Shown here: positions 1 through 9,793 of the stretch, in pieces
Numbering within the stretch: the first letter of the stretch is position 1
Layout of the letters: every line of letters begins with the position of its first letter
Sequence record: SRR31156797_826
Direction: 5' to 3' (one strand)
Length of the DNA: 64,000 nucleotides
Translations under genes and position numbers: made by a program
The notes under the pieces: generated by a model
The model's input: the letters and a program-made list of their open reading frames with translations, nothing else
Databases searched by the model: none
What the model was told of the DNA's origin: nothing

Positions 1-1564
1 TATGGGACACGTTGACCATGGTAAAACATCCCTCCTCGACCGTATCAGACAAACTGCTGTTGCAGAAGGTGAAGCGGGCGGTATCACTCAGCACATCGGT
101 GCTTACGAAGTGAAGATGGATAAAGGAACTATCACATTCCTCGATACACCGGGTCACGAAGCTTTCACAACCCTGAGAGCACGTGGTGCATCCGTTACTG
201 ACGTTGTAATCCTTGTGGTTGCAGCAGACGACGGTGTTATGCCGCAGACAAAAGAAGCGATTGATCACTCGAAAGCAGCGGGCGTAAAGCTTATCGTTGC
301 TATTAACAAGATAGATAAAGAGAACGCTAACCCTGATATGGTTCGCAACCAGCTTACTGAGCACGAAGTTGTTTCAGAGGAATGGGGCGGAGATTATCAG
401 TTTCAGCAGATTTCTGCTAAGGCTAACCTCCACATCGAAGACCTCCTTGAGAGAGTTCTTCTTGAGGCTGAGCTTCTTGAGCTTAAAGGTAACCCTACAG
501 CTCTTGCAGAAGGTATCGTAATTGAGTCTAAGCTGGACAAGCAAAAAGGTGCTGTTGCAACTGTACTCATCAACAGAGGTACTCTTAATAAGGGTGACAA
601 CTTCGTTGTTGGTGGTCAGTATGGTAAAGTAAGAGCTATGTTCAACTATAAAGGTAACGCTATTAAAGAGGCCGGACTTTCAACTCCTGTTGAGATTATG
701 GGATTCTCAGGTGTGCCTCAGTCGGGTGATACATTCATAGTTACACCTGATGAGAAGACAGCAAGACAGGTCGCTGAGCTCAGGGCAGAGGAAGACCGCA
801 AGAAAAACTTCGCTGAGAAAACAGCCGTTTCACTTGCAGACCTCTTTAGCAAGATTAAAGAGGGCGAGCTGAAAGAGCTTAATATTGTACTTAAAGCTGA
901 CGTACAGGGTTCACTTGAGGCCCTTAAGTCATCACTTATAAAACTTTCCAACCCAGAGGTTAAGATCAACATCCTTTCAAGCGGTGTTGGTGGTATCTCT
1001 GAAAACGACGTAATCCTCGCTGCTGCATCCAATGCTGTAGTTATCGGATTCAACGTTCGTCCGGGTGCTCCTGCCAGAGTTAAGGCTGATAAAGAAGGGA
1101 TAGAGCTAAACCTCTACTCTGTAATCTATCAGGCTATCGACGATGTTAAGCAGGCTATGGAAGGTATGCTTGACCCATCTAAGCGTGAGGAAGTTATCGG
1201 TCGTGCGGATGTACGTCAGGTATTCTCAGTGCCTAAGATCGGTAAAATTGCCGGTTCATACGTTACTGACGGTAAGGTACAGAGAAACGCAGGCGTAAGA
1301 GTTATCCGTGATAACGTAGTTATTTACGAAGGTACACTCTCATCACTTAAGCGATTCCAGGACGATGCTAAAGAGGTCGCTACTGGTTACGAATGTGGTA
1401 TCGGTGTTGATAAATACAACGACCTTAAAGATGGCGACAGTTTCGAATTCTTCGTAATGGTAGAAGAGAAACGTACACTTGAAGACGTTCGTAAAGACGC
1501 TGAGAAGAAAGAGAAGGAAGATGCGGCCGCAGCAGCGGAAGCAGAAGCAAAAGCTGGAGAATAA
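1..1564 (+). CDS. infB: Translation initiation factor IF-2 (5' truncated by window edge)
   Basis: GHVDHGKTSLL, GGITQHIGAY, DTPGHEAF, NKID GTPase motifs; followed by rbfA-truB-rpsO-pnp. Confidence 0.98.
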   Translation, partial: MGHVDHGKTSLLDRIRQTAVAEGEAGGITQHIGAYEVKMDKGTITFLDTPGHEAFTTLRARGASVTDVVILVVAADDGVMPQTKEAIDHSKAAGVKLIVAINKIDKENANPDMVRNQLTEHEVVSEEWGGDYQFQQISAKANLHIEDLLERVLLEAELLELKGNPTALAEGIVIESKLDKQKGAVATVLINRGTLNKGDNFVVGGQYGKVRAMFNYKGNAIKEAGLSTPVEIMGFSGVPQSGDTFIVTPDEKTARQVAELRAEEDRKKNFAEKTAVSLADLFSKIKEGELKELNIVLKADVQGSLEALKSSLIKLSNPEVKINILSSGVGGISENDVILAAASNAVVIGFNVRPGAPARVKADKEGIELNLYSVIYQAIDDVKQAMEGMLDPSKREEVIGRADVRQVFSVPKIGKIAGSYVTDGKVQRNAGVRVIRDNVVIYEGTLSSLKRFQDDAKEVATGYECGIGVDKYNDLKDGDSFEFFVMVEEKRTLEDVRKDAEKKEKEDAAAAAEAEAKAGE

Positions 1565-1675
1565 TTTCCAGCTTGCTTTTTTAGATATAAAGAGTATAAA
1601 AAGACTAATGACCGCTGTAATGGTTTCGCAGATTGATGATGCGTTGCTGTGCTTCTGGACATAGATCAGGAGATT

Positions 1676-2017
1676 TTGCACTTGAGAGATAGACGAGTAG
1701 GTGAGCTTTTACGCTCCGAAATTATGAACATTATAGTCAAAGAGATTAACGACCCTAAGATTAAGGACGTTGTTCTCACAAAAATTGACGTGACGAAGGA
1801 TCTCTCAATAGCGAAAGTCTATTTCAGCACTTACAACAAGAGTGCTAAAGAAGGTATCGAGCGTGGACTTAACAGGTCAGCAGGGTTTATCAGACACTGC
1901 ATCCTGAAGGGGCTCAGCATGAAAAAGGTACCAACCCTCCGCTTTATCTATGACGATTCAGGAGATTACGGTCAGAAAATTGATAATCTTTTAAAAGATA
2001 TCAACACTGAACAGTAA
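1676..2017 (+). CDS. rbfA: Ribosome-binding factor A
   Basis: RRVGELLRSEI..INDPKI..DLSIAKVYFS..VPTLRFIYD; synteny. Start uncertain (GTG 1649, TTG 1676 or 1682); AGGAG lies just before 1676. Confidence 0.93.
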   Translation: MHLRDRRVGELLRSEIMNIIVKEINDPKIKDVVLTKIDVTKDLSIAKVYFSTYNKSAKEGIERGLNRSAGFIRHCILKGLSMKKVPTLRFIYDDSGDYGQKIDNLLKDINTEQ

Positions 2018-2910
2018 TGAATGGCGTACTAAATATTTACAAAGAGAAAGACCTTACGTCCTTTGCTGTTGTTAAAGCAGTCAGGCGTATTACTGGTGTG
2101 AAAAAGTGTGGTCACTTAGGCACTCTTGACCCTATGGCAGAAGGTGTTTTACCTGTTTGCGTAGGTTATGCTACTAAGCTTGTCGATTATATGATGGCGA
2201 GCGACAAAGAGTATGTGGCACAGTTTACACTAGGATATAGCACTGATAGTTTTGACTCTACTGGGGCTGAGATTGAGCGTAATGATGCTGTAAAACCTTC
2301 TTACGATGAAGTTGAAAAGGTTTTAAAATCATACGTTGGTGAGCCGGAACTTACTATTCCTGCTTTTTCCGCCGTTAAGATAAACGGTAAAAGAGCATAT
2401 GAGCTTGCTAGAAAAGGTGAAATAGAGGACGCTGGAAAGCGCACTATGAAGATAAACGATATCACCCTTATGAACTATGAGTATCCTGAAGGGATGTTCA
2501 GAATGTCTTGTTACAAAGGGACTTACGTTCGCTCTGTAATACACGAGGCAGGGATAAAGCTCGGCACTTACGGTGTTATGAGCGGGTTGATAAGGACTGT
2601 CAGCGGAGCTTTTGATCATACAAAAGCTTATAAGCTAGCTGAGCTGGAAGAGCTGAAAGAGAAGGGTGAGCTCGGATCCGCTTTTACATCTGTTATGGAT
2701 GCTACGAAGTGGGGGAAAGCTGTTATCCACGAGGATGCTGTAAGGCTTGTAAAAAATGGTGTTTCTGTAAAGAGCCACAATTATGTGATTCTTCCGGACG
2801 GTGAGCATGAGATGTATTTCATGGTAACACCGGATGGAAAGCCCCTCGCTTTTGCAGAATATCAGCCGGGGAATGTTATCCCGCTGAAAATAATTAAACT
2901 GTTAGGCTAG
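2017..2910 (+). CDS. truB: tRNA pseudouridine(55) synthase
   Basis: GHLGTLDPMAEGVL, KEY, FSAVKINGKRAYELARKG, KGTYVRS motifs. Confidence 0.97.
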   Translation: MNGVLNIYKEKDLTSFAVVKAVRRITGVKKCGHLGTLDPMAEGVLPVCVGYATKLVDYMMASDKEYVAQFTLGYSTDSFDSTGAEIERNDAVKPSYDEVEKVLKSYVGEPELTIPAFSAVKINGKRAYELARKGEIEDAGKRTMKINDITLMNYEYPEGMFRMSCYKGTYVRSVIHEAGIKLGTYGVMSGLIRTVSGAFDHTKAYKLAELEELKEKGELGSAFTSVMDATKWGKAVIHEDAVRLVKNGVSVKSHNYVILPDGEHEMYFMVTPDGKPLAFAEYQPGNVIPLKIIKLLG

Positions 2911-2931
2911 AAATCCACTAAGGATTTTTTT
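2911..2931 (+). terminator. Weak intrinsic terminator-like hairpin after truB
   Basis: AAATCC-ACTAA-GGATTT followed by a T run. Confidence 0.4.
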
Positions 2932-2942
2932 GCCTGTTAAAT

Positions 2943-3043
2943 CGGCGTTAATGAGCCGCAAGTGGCAGGGTATGGATAGCAAATTCATACTGTTGTCTGA
3001 CGGCTAAAAAATAAATAAAGAATACCCAAGGAGGTATACCAAC
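2943..3043 (+). promoter_or_regulatory. Structured rpsO 5' leader, candidate S15 autoregulatory RNA
   Basis: Long imperfect hairpin 2954-3005 (AGCCG/CGGCT, GGCAG/TTGTC, GTATGGA/TTCATAC) upstream of the AAGGAGG RBS. Confidence 0.55.
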
Positions 3044-3313
3044 ATGGTAATGACAAAAGAACGTAAAGAAGAGATCATCGCTAACCACAAGACACACGAC
3101 TCTGACACAGGATCACCAGAAGTACAGGTTGCACTTCTTTCAGAGAGAATCAGCTACCTTACTGATCACTTCAAAACTAACCCGAAGGATCACCACTCAA
3201 GACGTGGACTTCTCCTTCTCGTTAGCCAGCGTAGAAAGCTTCTTGATTACGTTAAGAAGAAAGACTACATGAGATACAAGAAGCTTATCGATGCACTCGG
3301 CATAAGGAAGTAA
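3044..3313 (+). CDS. rpsO: 30S ribosomal protein S15
   Basis: [27 protein letters not shown]; 89 aa. Confidence 0.99.
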   Translation: MVMTKERKEEIIANHKTHDSDTGSPEVQVALLSERISYLTDHFKTNPKDHHSRRGLLLLVSQRRKLLDYVKKKDYMRYKKLIDALGIRK

Positions 3314-3321
3314 TTTAAAAC

Positions 3322-5463
3322 ATGGAAAAAAATACACACGAATTTCCTATCACTCTGGGCGAAGGCTCAGAGGAGATAATTTTCGAAACAGGCTGGAAAG
3401 CTAAACAAGCTAACGGCAGTTTCTGGGTTAAGCAGGGTGGAACAGTAGTTCTCGTTACTGCTGCTGGAAGAAAAACAGCTGCAGAAAATCAGGGCTTTTT
3501 CCCTCTTACTGTTAATTACTTAGAAAAATTTTACGCTGCTGGAAAGATTCCTGGCGGATTCTTTAAGCGTGAAGCTAAGCCTACGGACAACGAGACTCTT
3601 ACATCAAGACTGATCGACAGACCTCTTCGTCCTATGTTTCCTGACGGATTCAGAAACGAAACACAGATTATCGCTACAGTAGTATCATACGACGGAATCA
3701 ACTGTCCGGACATGCTCGCTATGAACGGTGCATCTGCTGCTCTTATGATATCTGATATTCCATTTAACGGCCCTATCGCAGGCGTTAGAGTTGGTCGCCT
3801 TGATGGTGAGCTCATAGCTAACCCTCCTGCTGATAAGCTCGAAGAACTTGACATGAACATCATCATATCAGGTACTGATGACGCTATCGTTATGGTTGAG
3901 GCTGGAATGAGTATTGTCAGCGAAGAAGAAGTTATCGAAGCTCTTCAGTTCGGTCACGAAAACATTAAGAAACTCGTAGCTCTTCAGAACCAGATGGTTG
4001 AGAAGCTCGGTAAAGAGAAGTTTGAATACACAAGCTTTAACGTTGCTGAGGAACTTGTTAACGAGGCTATGGGCGATCTTTCAGCTAAGCTTAAAGAAGC
4101 TCTTGTTATCCCTGCTAAACTTGAAAAGTACGAAGCACTTGACAAGATAGGCGAGGAATTCCTTGAGACTATGAAAGAGAAAGTAGGCGAAGAAGATTTC
4201 GACGCTTCACTCTATAAAGATATCTACCACGAAGTTGAGAAGAAGGCTTTCAGAGACTTCACAATCGACTCTAAAACAAGAATTGACGGACGTTCATACA
4301 CTGACATCCGTGATATCGATATCGAGACTAGACTTCTCCCTATGTCACACGGCTCAGGTCTTTTCACCAGAGGCGAGACACAGGCACTTGTAGCGGCTAC
4401 TCTCGGTACAAAAACTGATACACAGATCCTCGATACAATCTACGGTGACGGCAAAAAACGCTTTATGCTTCACTACAACTTCCCTCCATTCTGTGTTGGT
4501 GAGGTTGGATTCCTTCGCGGACCTGGTCGTCGTGAGATCGGTCACGGTGCTCTCGCTGAGAGATCACTTGCACAAGTTCTTCCTGATGCAGAAGATTTCC
4601 CATACACAATCAGAATAGTTTCTGAGGTTCTTGAGTCTAACGGTTCATCCTCAATGGCTACTGTTTGTGGTGGTTGTCTTGCACTTATGGATGCTGGTGT
4701 ACCTATCAAATCACCTGTTGCTGGTGTTGCTATGGGTCTCATATACGAAGGTGAGGACAGATTCGCAGTTCTCTCCGACATCCTCGGAACAGAAGATCAC
4801 CTCGGTGACATGGACTTCAAAGTGACTGGTACTAAAGACGGTATTACAGCACTTCAGATGGACATCAAAATAGAAGGTCTCTCTAAAGAGCTCCTTGAGA
4901 CTGCTCTCGGTCAGGCTAATGCTGCACGTATGCACATCCTTGGCAAAATGACTGATCACCTCCCAGCTCCTAACGAAGACCTCGCTCCGACTGCTCCTAG
5001 ATACGTGACTATGAAGATCAACCCAGAGAAGATCGGTATGGTTATCGGACCTGGAGGAAAGATGATCAAATCTATCATCGAAGAGTCCGGTGCTGCTATC
5101 GACATAGACGATACAGGTACAATCAACATCTTCGCTGCTGACAAAGCTTCTATCGACATAGCTGTTGGTAAGGTTAACGAGATCGTAGCTGAAGTTGAAG
5201 ACGGTGCTGTTTACAACGCTACTGTTAAGAAAATGATGGAGTACGGTGCATTCGTAGAGCTCATCCCTGGGCACGAGGCACTCCTTCACGTTTCTCAGTA
5301 TAGCCATGAGCGCATAAATTCACTCGCTGACTTCCTCGATGTTGGCGACAAGGTTGAGGTTAAAGTCGTAGGTAAGGACAATAATGGACGCTTTAAGCTC
5401 TCCAGAAAAGTCCTTCTCGACAGACCTAAGCGTGAAGAAAAAGAAGAGAATAAAGAAGATTAA
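3322..5463 (+). CDS. pnp: Polyribonucleotide nucleotidyltransferase (PNPase)
   Basis: GKIPGGFFKRE, RREIGHG, SNGSSSMA, GDMDFKV; KH (IGPGGK) and S1 domains. Confidence 0.99.
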   Translation: MEKNTHEFPITLGEGSEEIIFETGWKAKQANGSFWVKQGGTVVLVTAAGRKTAAENQGFFPLTVNYLEKFYAAGKIPGGFFKREAKPTDNETLTSRLIDRPLRPMFPDGFRNETQIIATVVSYDGINCPDMLAMNGASAALMISDIPFNGPIAGVRVGRLDGELIANPPADKLEELDMNIIISGTDDAIVMVEAGMSIVSEEEVIEALQFGHENIKKLVALQNQMVEKLGKEKFEYTSFNVAEELVNEAMGDLSAKLKEALVIPAKLEKYEALDKIGEEFLETMKEKVGEEDFDASLYKDIYHEVEKKAFRDFTIDSKTRIDGRSYTDIRDIDIETRLLPMSHGSGLFTRGETQALVAATLGTKTDTQILDTIYGDGKKRFMLHYNFPPFCVGEVGFLRGPGRREIGHGALAERSLAQVLPDAEDFPYTIRIVSEVLESNGSSSMATVCGGCLALMDAGVPIKSPVAGVAMGLIYEGEDRFAVLSDILGTEDHLGDMDFKVTGTKDGITALQMDIKIEGLSKELLETALGQANAARMHILGKMTDHLPAPNEDLAPTAPRYVTMKINPEKIGMVIGPGGKMIKSIIEESGAAIDIDDTGTINIFAADKASIDIAVGKVNEIVAEVEDGAVYNATVKKMMEYGAFVELIPGHEALLHVSQYSHERINSLADFLDVGDKVEVKVVGKDNNGRFKLSRKVLLDRPKREEKEENKED

Positions 5464-5492
5464 TTTTCTTTAACTCTTTATAATCAAATAAT

Positions 5493-5527
5493 AAATCCCC
5501 AGTGCTGAAAAGTGTTGGGGATTTTTT
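5493..5527 (+). terminator. Rho-independent terminator of rpsO-pnp
   Basis: AAATCCCCAGTGCT-GAAA-AGTGTTGGGGATTT stem followed by T tract. Confidence 0.85.
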
Positions 5528-5684
5528 GTGTCCACTTTAAAGATATATGGTGTATGCTTTCTTGAAAATACTCATTTAAAATGATATTTTTATTTATTAA
5601 TATTTTTTCTTTCAATTGTTGTATTAATAAACTAATATATGAATTATTATTTTAAAATGTCGTTATTAAATGGGGCGGGGCTTA

Positions 5685-8051
5685 ATGTTGAAATCTATAC
5701 CTATACGTTTGAGCATAATTCTTAATATATTATTTATAGCTATAATAGGCTTTGTTCTGGTTATTAGCGTGCAGTATTATCACGGTAATAAGCTGGCACT
5801 TTCCGCTACTGAAAAGCTTTTCAGGAATATATCCAGACAGGTCGCCCAGAAGATGATAGTTCAAGATGAAAGACTTCTAAGCATTTTCGACTATCTTGAC
5901 GGTGACTATTTAGATATCCAAGGGACTTTGTCTATAAAGCCTGAACTTGGTAAAGAACACCCTGTGGGACCTCTATTCGGCAAAATGATTAATAATATGG
6001 AGAATATTTATGCTGTATACATAGGTTATCCTGACGGCAGCTTTTACGAAGTTATCAATATGCATCTTAATTCATATATTAAATCTTTTTTTGATGCGCC
6101 TGATAATTCAAGGTGGGTAGCGATAAAGATCATCGGAGGAAGTGATGTTAAGCATATCGCCTTTCTCGATGAGAAATTTAAAAAAATATATGGTCACAAT
6201 CATTTAACTGACTATGACCCTAGGACAAGACCTTGGTATAAAAGTGCGTCAAAATCAAAAACTCCGGTACGAACATCGCAATACACATTTGCCCATCTGC
6301 CGACCAGAGGGGTGAGTTATGCCAAAAAACTACAGTCTGGTGTTACTCTGGGGATTGATTTCACCGTTACATCCCTCTCTGAAATGCTCGATGAGGAGAG
6401 GATATACGATGAGATCGAAATATATATCCTCAACTCCAAGCACGAGATAGTAGCATCCTCGTCTAACCATAATGACATTATTATGAATAGTGTTCTCAAC
6501 AGCAACCCTAAGTATGGCGAGATAAATGTAACCACTATTAATAAAGTCAAAAGCCTTACAAACCTAAAAGAGATAGGCTCAGATGTAAGAGAATCAGATA
6601 ACCTCATCCTGTATATACCTTATAAGATAATGGTTGAGCCTTATAGTAAGATTATAAAAGTATCTTTTTACGTCACCATGGGATTAATTTTTGTAATGTT
6701 GCCCGTAATACTGCTCAGTACAAACATTATCGTACGTCCTCTGAAATGTTTAATGCGTGAGAATGAGCTTATACGCAGGAGAAAATTTAAAGAAGTACAG
6801 CTTGTTGACACCAGAACCAAAGAGTATCAGGTTCTATCCCGCTCGATGGTTAATATGGCGCAGGACATAGAGTCTTTTCAGCTCGCCCAGCAGAATCTTT
6901 TCGATTCATTTGTTAAGCTTATAACAGAGGCTATTGATGATAAGTCTAATTATACTGGCAGTCATTGTAAAAGAGTCCCTGTTATGGCTGAGCTGCTGAC
7001 AAGAGCCGCCAGTGACTCTAATGACGGTATATTTGCTGATTTCAAGCTGGAAGGTGAGCAGGAGTGGAGAGAGCTTCACCTTGCTGCGTGGCTGCATGAC
7101 TGCGGAAAACTTATTACACCAGAGTATGTTGTAGATAAGGCAACCAAGCTGGAAACTATTTACAACAGGATACATGAAATACGCACAAGGTTTGAAGTTA
7201 TCTGGCGAGATATTGAGATAGAGGGCTATAAACGCAAAGCAAACGGTGAATCTCATGATGTTGTGGATAGCTGGCTGGATGAGAAAAAGAGTAAGCTGAC
7301 CAGTGATTTTGAATTCATAGCCGAAATGAATAGCGGCGATGTGTTTGTTACAGATGAGCATATCAAAAGATTAGATGAAATAAGCAGGCGAGAGTGGGTC
7401 GCTTATATGGACGACTCAATCGGGCTTACGCTTAATGAGAGGCTAAAACTAAAAGGTCGTCCAAAACAGGTTCCAAGAGTTGAAAAACTTCTTGACGATA
7501 AACCTCAGCACCTTGTTGAGCGAAGGAGCTGCGACAGAGAGCTATTTAAAGAATCAGGGTTTAAAATGGATATACCTGAGTATTTATATAACTACGGTGA
7601 AATACATAACCTTTCTATAAAAAAGGGTACATTGACTGACGAAGAGCGTTTTAAGATTAATGAGCATATCATTATGAGCACCAAGATGTTAAGTCAGCTT
7701 CCGTTTCCTGATCATCTTAGAAATGTTACAGAGTATGCCGTTTCTCACCACGAAACCATGATAGGAACAGGATACCCTAGAAAACTTAAGAAAGAAGAAA
7801 TGAGTATCCCTGCCAGAATAATGGCCGTTGCCGATATATTTGAGGCACTTACAGCATCTGACAGACCGTATAAAAAGCCGAACACACTCTCTGAATCTAT
7901 CCGTATCCTCAGCTTTATGGCTAAAGACCAGCACATTGACAGTGATATATTTAAGCTGTTTGTTAAGTCAGGAGTTTATAAAGAATACGCAAAAGAATTT
8001 CTCAATGAAGACCAGATAGACGATGTAGATGTGGATAAGTATCTTACCTAA
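5685..8051 (+). CDS. Membrane-anchored HD-GYP cyclic dinucleotide phosphodiesterase with periplasmic Cache-like sensor
   Basis: Two TM segments flanking YDPRTRPWY; YTGSHCKRV, LHDCGK, HHETMIGTGYP, ADIFEALTASDRPYK; alternative start 5670. Confidence 0.9.
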   Translation: MLKSIPIRLSIILNILFIAIIGFVLVISVQYYHGNKLALSATEKLFRNISRQVAQKMIVQDERLLSIFDYLDGDYLDIQGTLSIKPELGKEHPVGPLFGKMINNMENIYAVYIGYPDGSFYEVINMHLNSYIKSFFDAPDNSRWVAIKIIGGSDVKHIAFLDEKFKKIYGHNHLTDYDPRTRPWYKSASKSKTPVRTSQYTFAHLPTRGVSYAKKLQSGVTLGIDFTVTSLSEMLDEERIYDEIEIYILNSKHEIVASSSNHNDIIMNSVLNSNPKYGEINVTTINKVKSLTNLKEIGSDVRESDNLILYIPYKIMVEPYSKIIKVSFYVTMGLIFVMLPVILLSTNIIVRPLKCLMRENELIRRRKFKEVQLVDTRTKEYQVLSRSMVNMAQDIESFQLAQQNLFDSFVKLITEAIDDKSNYTGSHCKRVPVMAELLTRAASDSNDGIFADFKLEGEQEWRELHLAAWLHDCGKLITPEYVVDKATKLETIYNRIHEIRTRFEVIWRDIEIEGYKRKANGESHDVVDSWLDEKKSKLTSDFEFIAEMNSGDVFVTDEHIKRLDEISRREWVAYMDDSIGLTLNERLKLKGRPKQVPRVEKLLDDKPQHLVERRSCDRELFKESGFKMDIPEYLYNYGEIHNLSIKKGTLTDEERFKINEHIIMSTKMLSQLPFPDHLRNVTEYAVSHHETMIGTGYPRKLKKEEMSIPARIMAVADIFEALTASDRPYKKPNTLSESIRILSFMAKDQHIDSDIFKLFVKSGVYKEYAKEFLNEDQIDDVDVDKYLT

Positions 8052-8134
8052 TTAATAAACGATTACTCTTCTCATCATTGACCTCTTATTTTTTCACGTG
8101 TAGTATTACTATCCCACTACACAAAGGATACTAA

Positions 8135-9346
8135 ATGCGTACTATATTGAACATAAATAACATTCCTGTAATATACGAAAAAATATCTGATACATCAGGA
8201 CTTTTCACCATCTCTGTCTTCTTTAAAAGAGGCTCAGTAAACGAACCGGATAACCTTAACGGGATATCACACGTTATCGAACATATGGCTTTCCGCAAAA
8301 CCAGAGACTACAGCTCTGAGGACATAAGCAGGTTTTCTGAGATGTACGGAGGCTACCTTAATGCCTATACATCGAAAGAGGTAACATCTTTTTACATAAA
8401 GGGTTTTAAGGCTAATCTGGAGCTTTTTATAAAGCTTATGGCTAATATCAGTTTCTATCCGGAATTCACAGAAGAAGACTTAGATCAGGAGAAGCGAATT
8501 ATAGTAGACGAAATAAATGCTACATTCGATAACCCTGATGAGTTTCTCGGCGAGATAGCAGAGGAGAAATTCTTTGATGGCTGCTCTCTAAGAAACCCTG
8601 TGTCTGGTACTGCTGAAACGGTTAATTCTATAACCCTTAACGATTTAACCTCTTACTATAAAGATAACTTCACCCCTGAGAATTGCGTAATTGCGATCTG
8701 CGGCGATGTAGACAGTGCCGATGTGGCAAAACATATTTCTGACCATTTCCCATCCTCGAAAGGTGACGGTGATCAGCCCATCGAACAGATTGTATATAAT
8801 CAGTTCACCCTTGATAAGACATTTAAATCAGAACAGGTTTACGCTCAGCTTATGTATCCGGCATTTCAGTATAACGATGACAGGCGCTTCGCTCTCGGCG
8901 GGCTGAGTATGGTGCTTGGCGGGCTTATGAGCTCTCGTCTTTTCCAGCAGGTAAGGGAGAAGCACGGGCTGTGCTATAATATAGAGTGCGAGTCCATCCT
9001 CTATAAAAATGGCGGATATATCGACATCGCATACTCTTGTGCACCGGAAAATTCAGAAAAAGTAATGCAGCTTACTACCTCTGAAATAAATAAGATAATA
9101 GAGCAGGGGATCACAGACGACGAACTGCTTATGATAAAAAATCAGTTAAAATTCTCATACTTCTCAAATTTTGAAAGTCTCGATTCGAGAGTACAGATGA
9201 ACTTCAGGCATATGTATCATTACGGACAACTTCTTGACGGAAATTTAATATTAGGACTAGTTGACTCCCTTAGTGTAAAAAGTGTAAACTCTATAGCAGA
9301 AGATTTATTAGCTAAGGAGTTTAGCCTGTGCAGACTGCTACCGTAA
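8135..9346 (+). CDS. M16 family (pitrilysin-like) zinc peptidase
   Basis: Inverted zinc motif HVIEH, NAYTSKE, SSRLFQQVREKHGLCY. Confidence 0.93.
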   Translation: MRTILNINNIPVIYEKISDTSGLFTISVFFKRGSVNEPDNLNGISHVIEHMAFRKTRDYSSEDISRFSEMYGGYLNAYTSKEVTSFYIKGFKANLELFIKLMANISFYPEFTEEDLDQEKRIIVDEINATFDNPDEFLGEIAEEKFFDGCSLRNPVSGTAETVNSITLNDLTSYYKDNFTPENCVIAICGDVDSADVAKHISDHFPSSKGDGDQPIEQIVYNQFTLDKTFKSEQVYAQLMYPAFQYNDDRRFALGGLSMVLGGLMSSRLFQQVREKHGLCYNIECESILYKNGGYIDIAYSCAPENSEKVMQLTTSEINKIIEQGITDDELLMIKNQLKFSYFSNFESLDSRVQMNFRHMYHYGQLLDGNLILGLVDSLSVKSVNSIAEDLLAKEFSLCRLLP

Positions 9347-9768
9347 AAATCAAAGCTGAAGACAAGTCATTAATCCCCGAATATAAATCAGCCCTGGCCG
9401 CTGGCGTAGACCTTATGGCGTCCGGTTCCGGCTCCATTGATGCTGGAAAATATACCCTCGTGAAAACAGGTATTTCTATTGAATTACCAGAGGGGTATGA
9501 GGCTCAGGTTCGCCCCAGAAGCGGACTGGCACTTAAACAAGGTGTCACAGTTCTCAACACTCCCGGTACAATAGATGCAGATTATCGTGGCGAAATAGGT
9601 GTTATACTTATTAACCATAGTGATGTCACTTTCAAATATGAAAAGGGTGACCGTATAGCTCAGATGGTCGTTGCTCCTGTTGTTCAGGCGGAGTTTGTTC
9701 CGGTTGATGACCTTTCAAACACAGACAGAGGTGCCGGAGGTTTCGGGCACACTGGCGTTAAAAAATAA
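9328..9768 (+). CDS. dut: dUTP diphosphatase
   Basis: AGVDL, RPRSGLA, GTIDADYRGEI, RIAQ, RGAGGFGHTG. Confidence 0.97.
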   Translation: MQTATVKIKAEDKSLIPEYKSALAAGVDLMASGSGSIDAGKYTLVKTGISIELPEGYEAQVRPRSGLALKQGVTVLNTPGTIDADYRGEIGVILINHSDVTFKYEKGDRIAQMVVAPVVQAEFVPVDDLSNTDRGAGGFGHTGVKK

Positions 9769-9793
9769 TAATAAAATTTATAGCAGGTGAATT

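Noticed and set aside
4711-5307. 198-aa antisense ORF inside pnp (also 29595-30263 inside ntrX and many shorter ones)
   Set aside because: Shadow ORFs opposite well-supported genes, with no recognisable motifs
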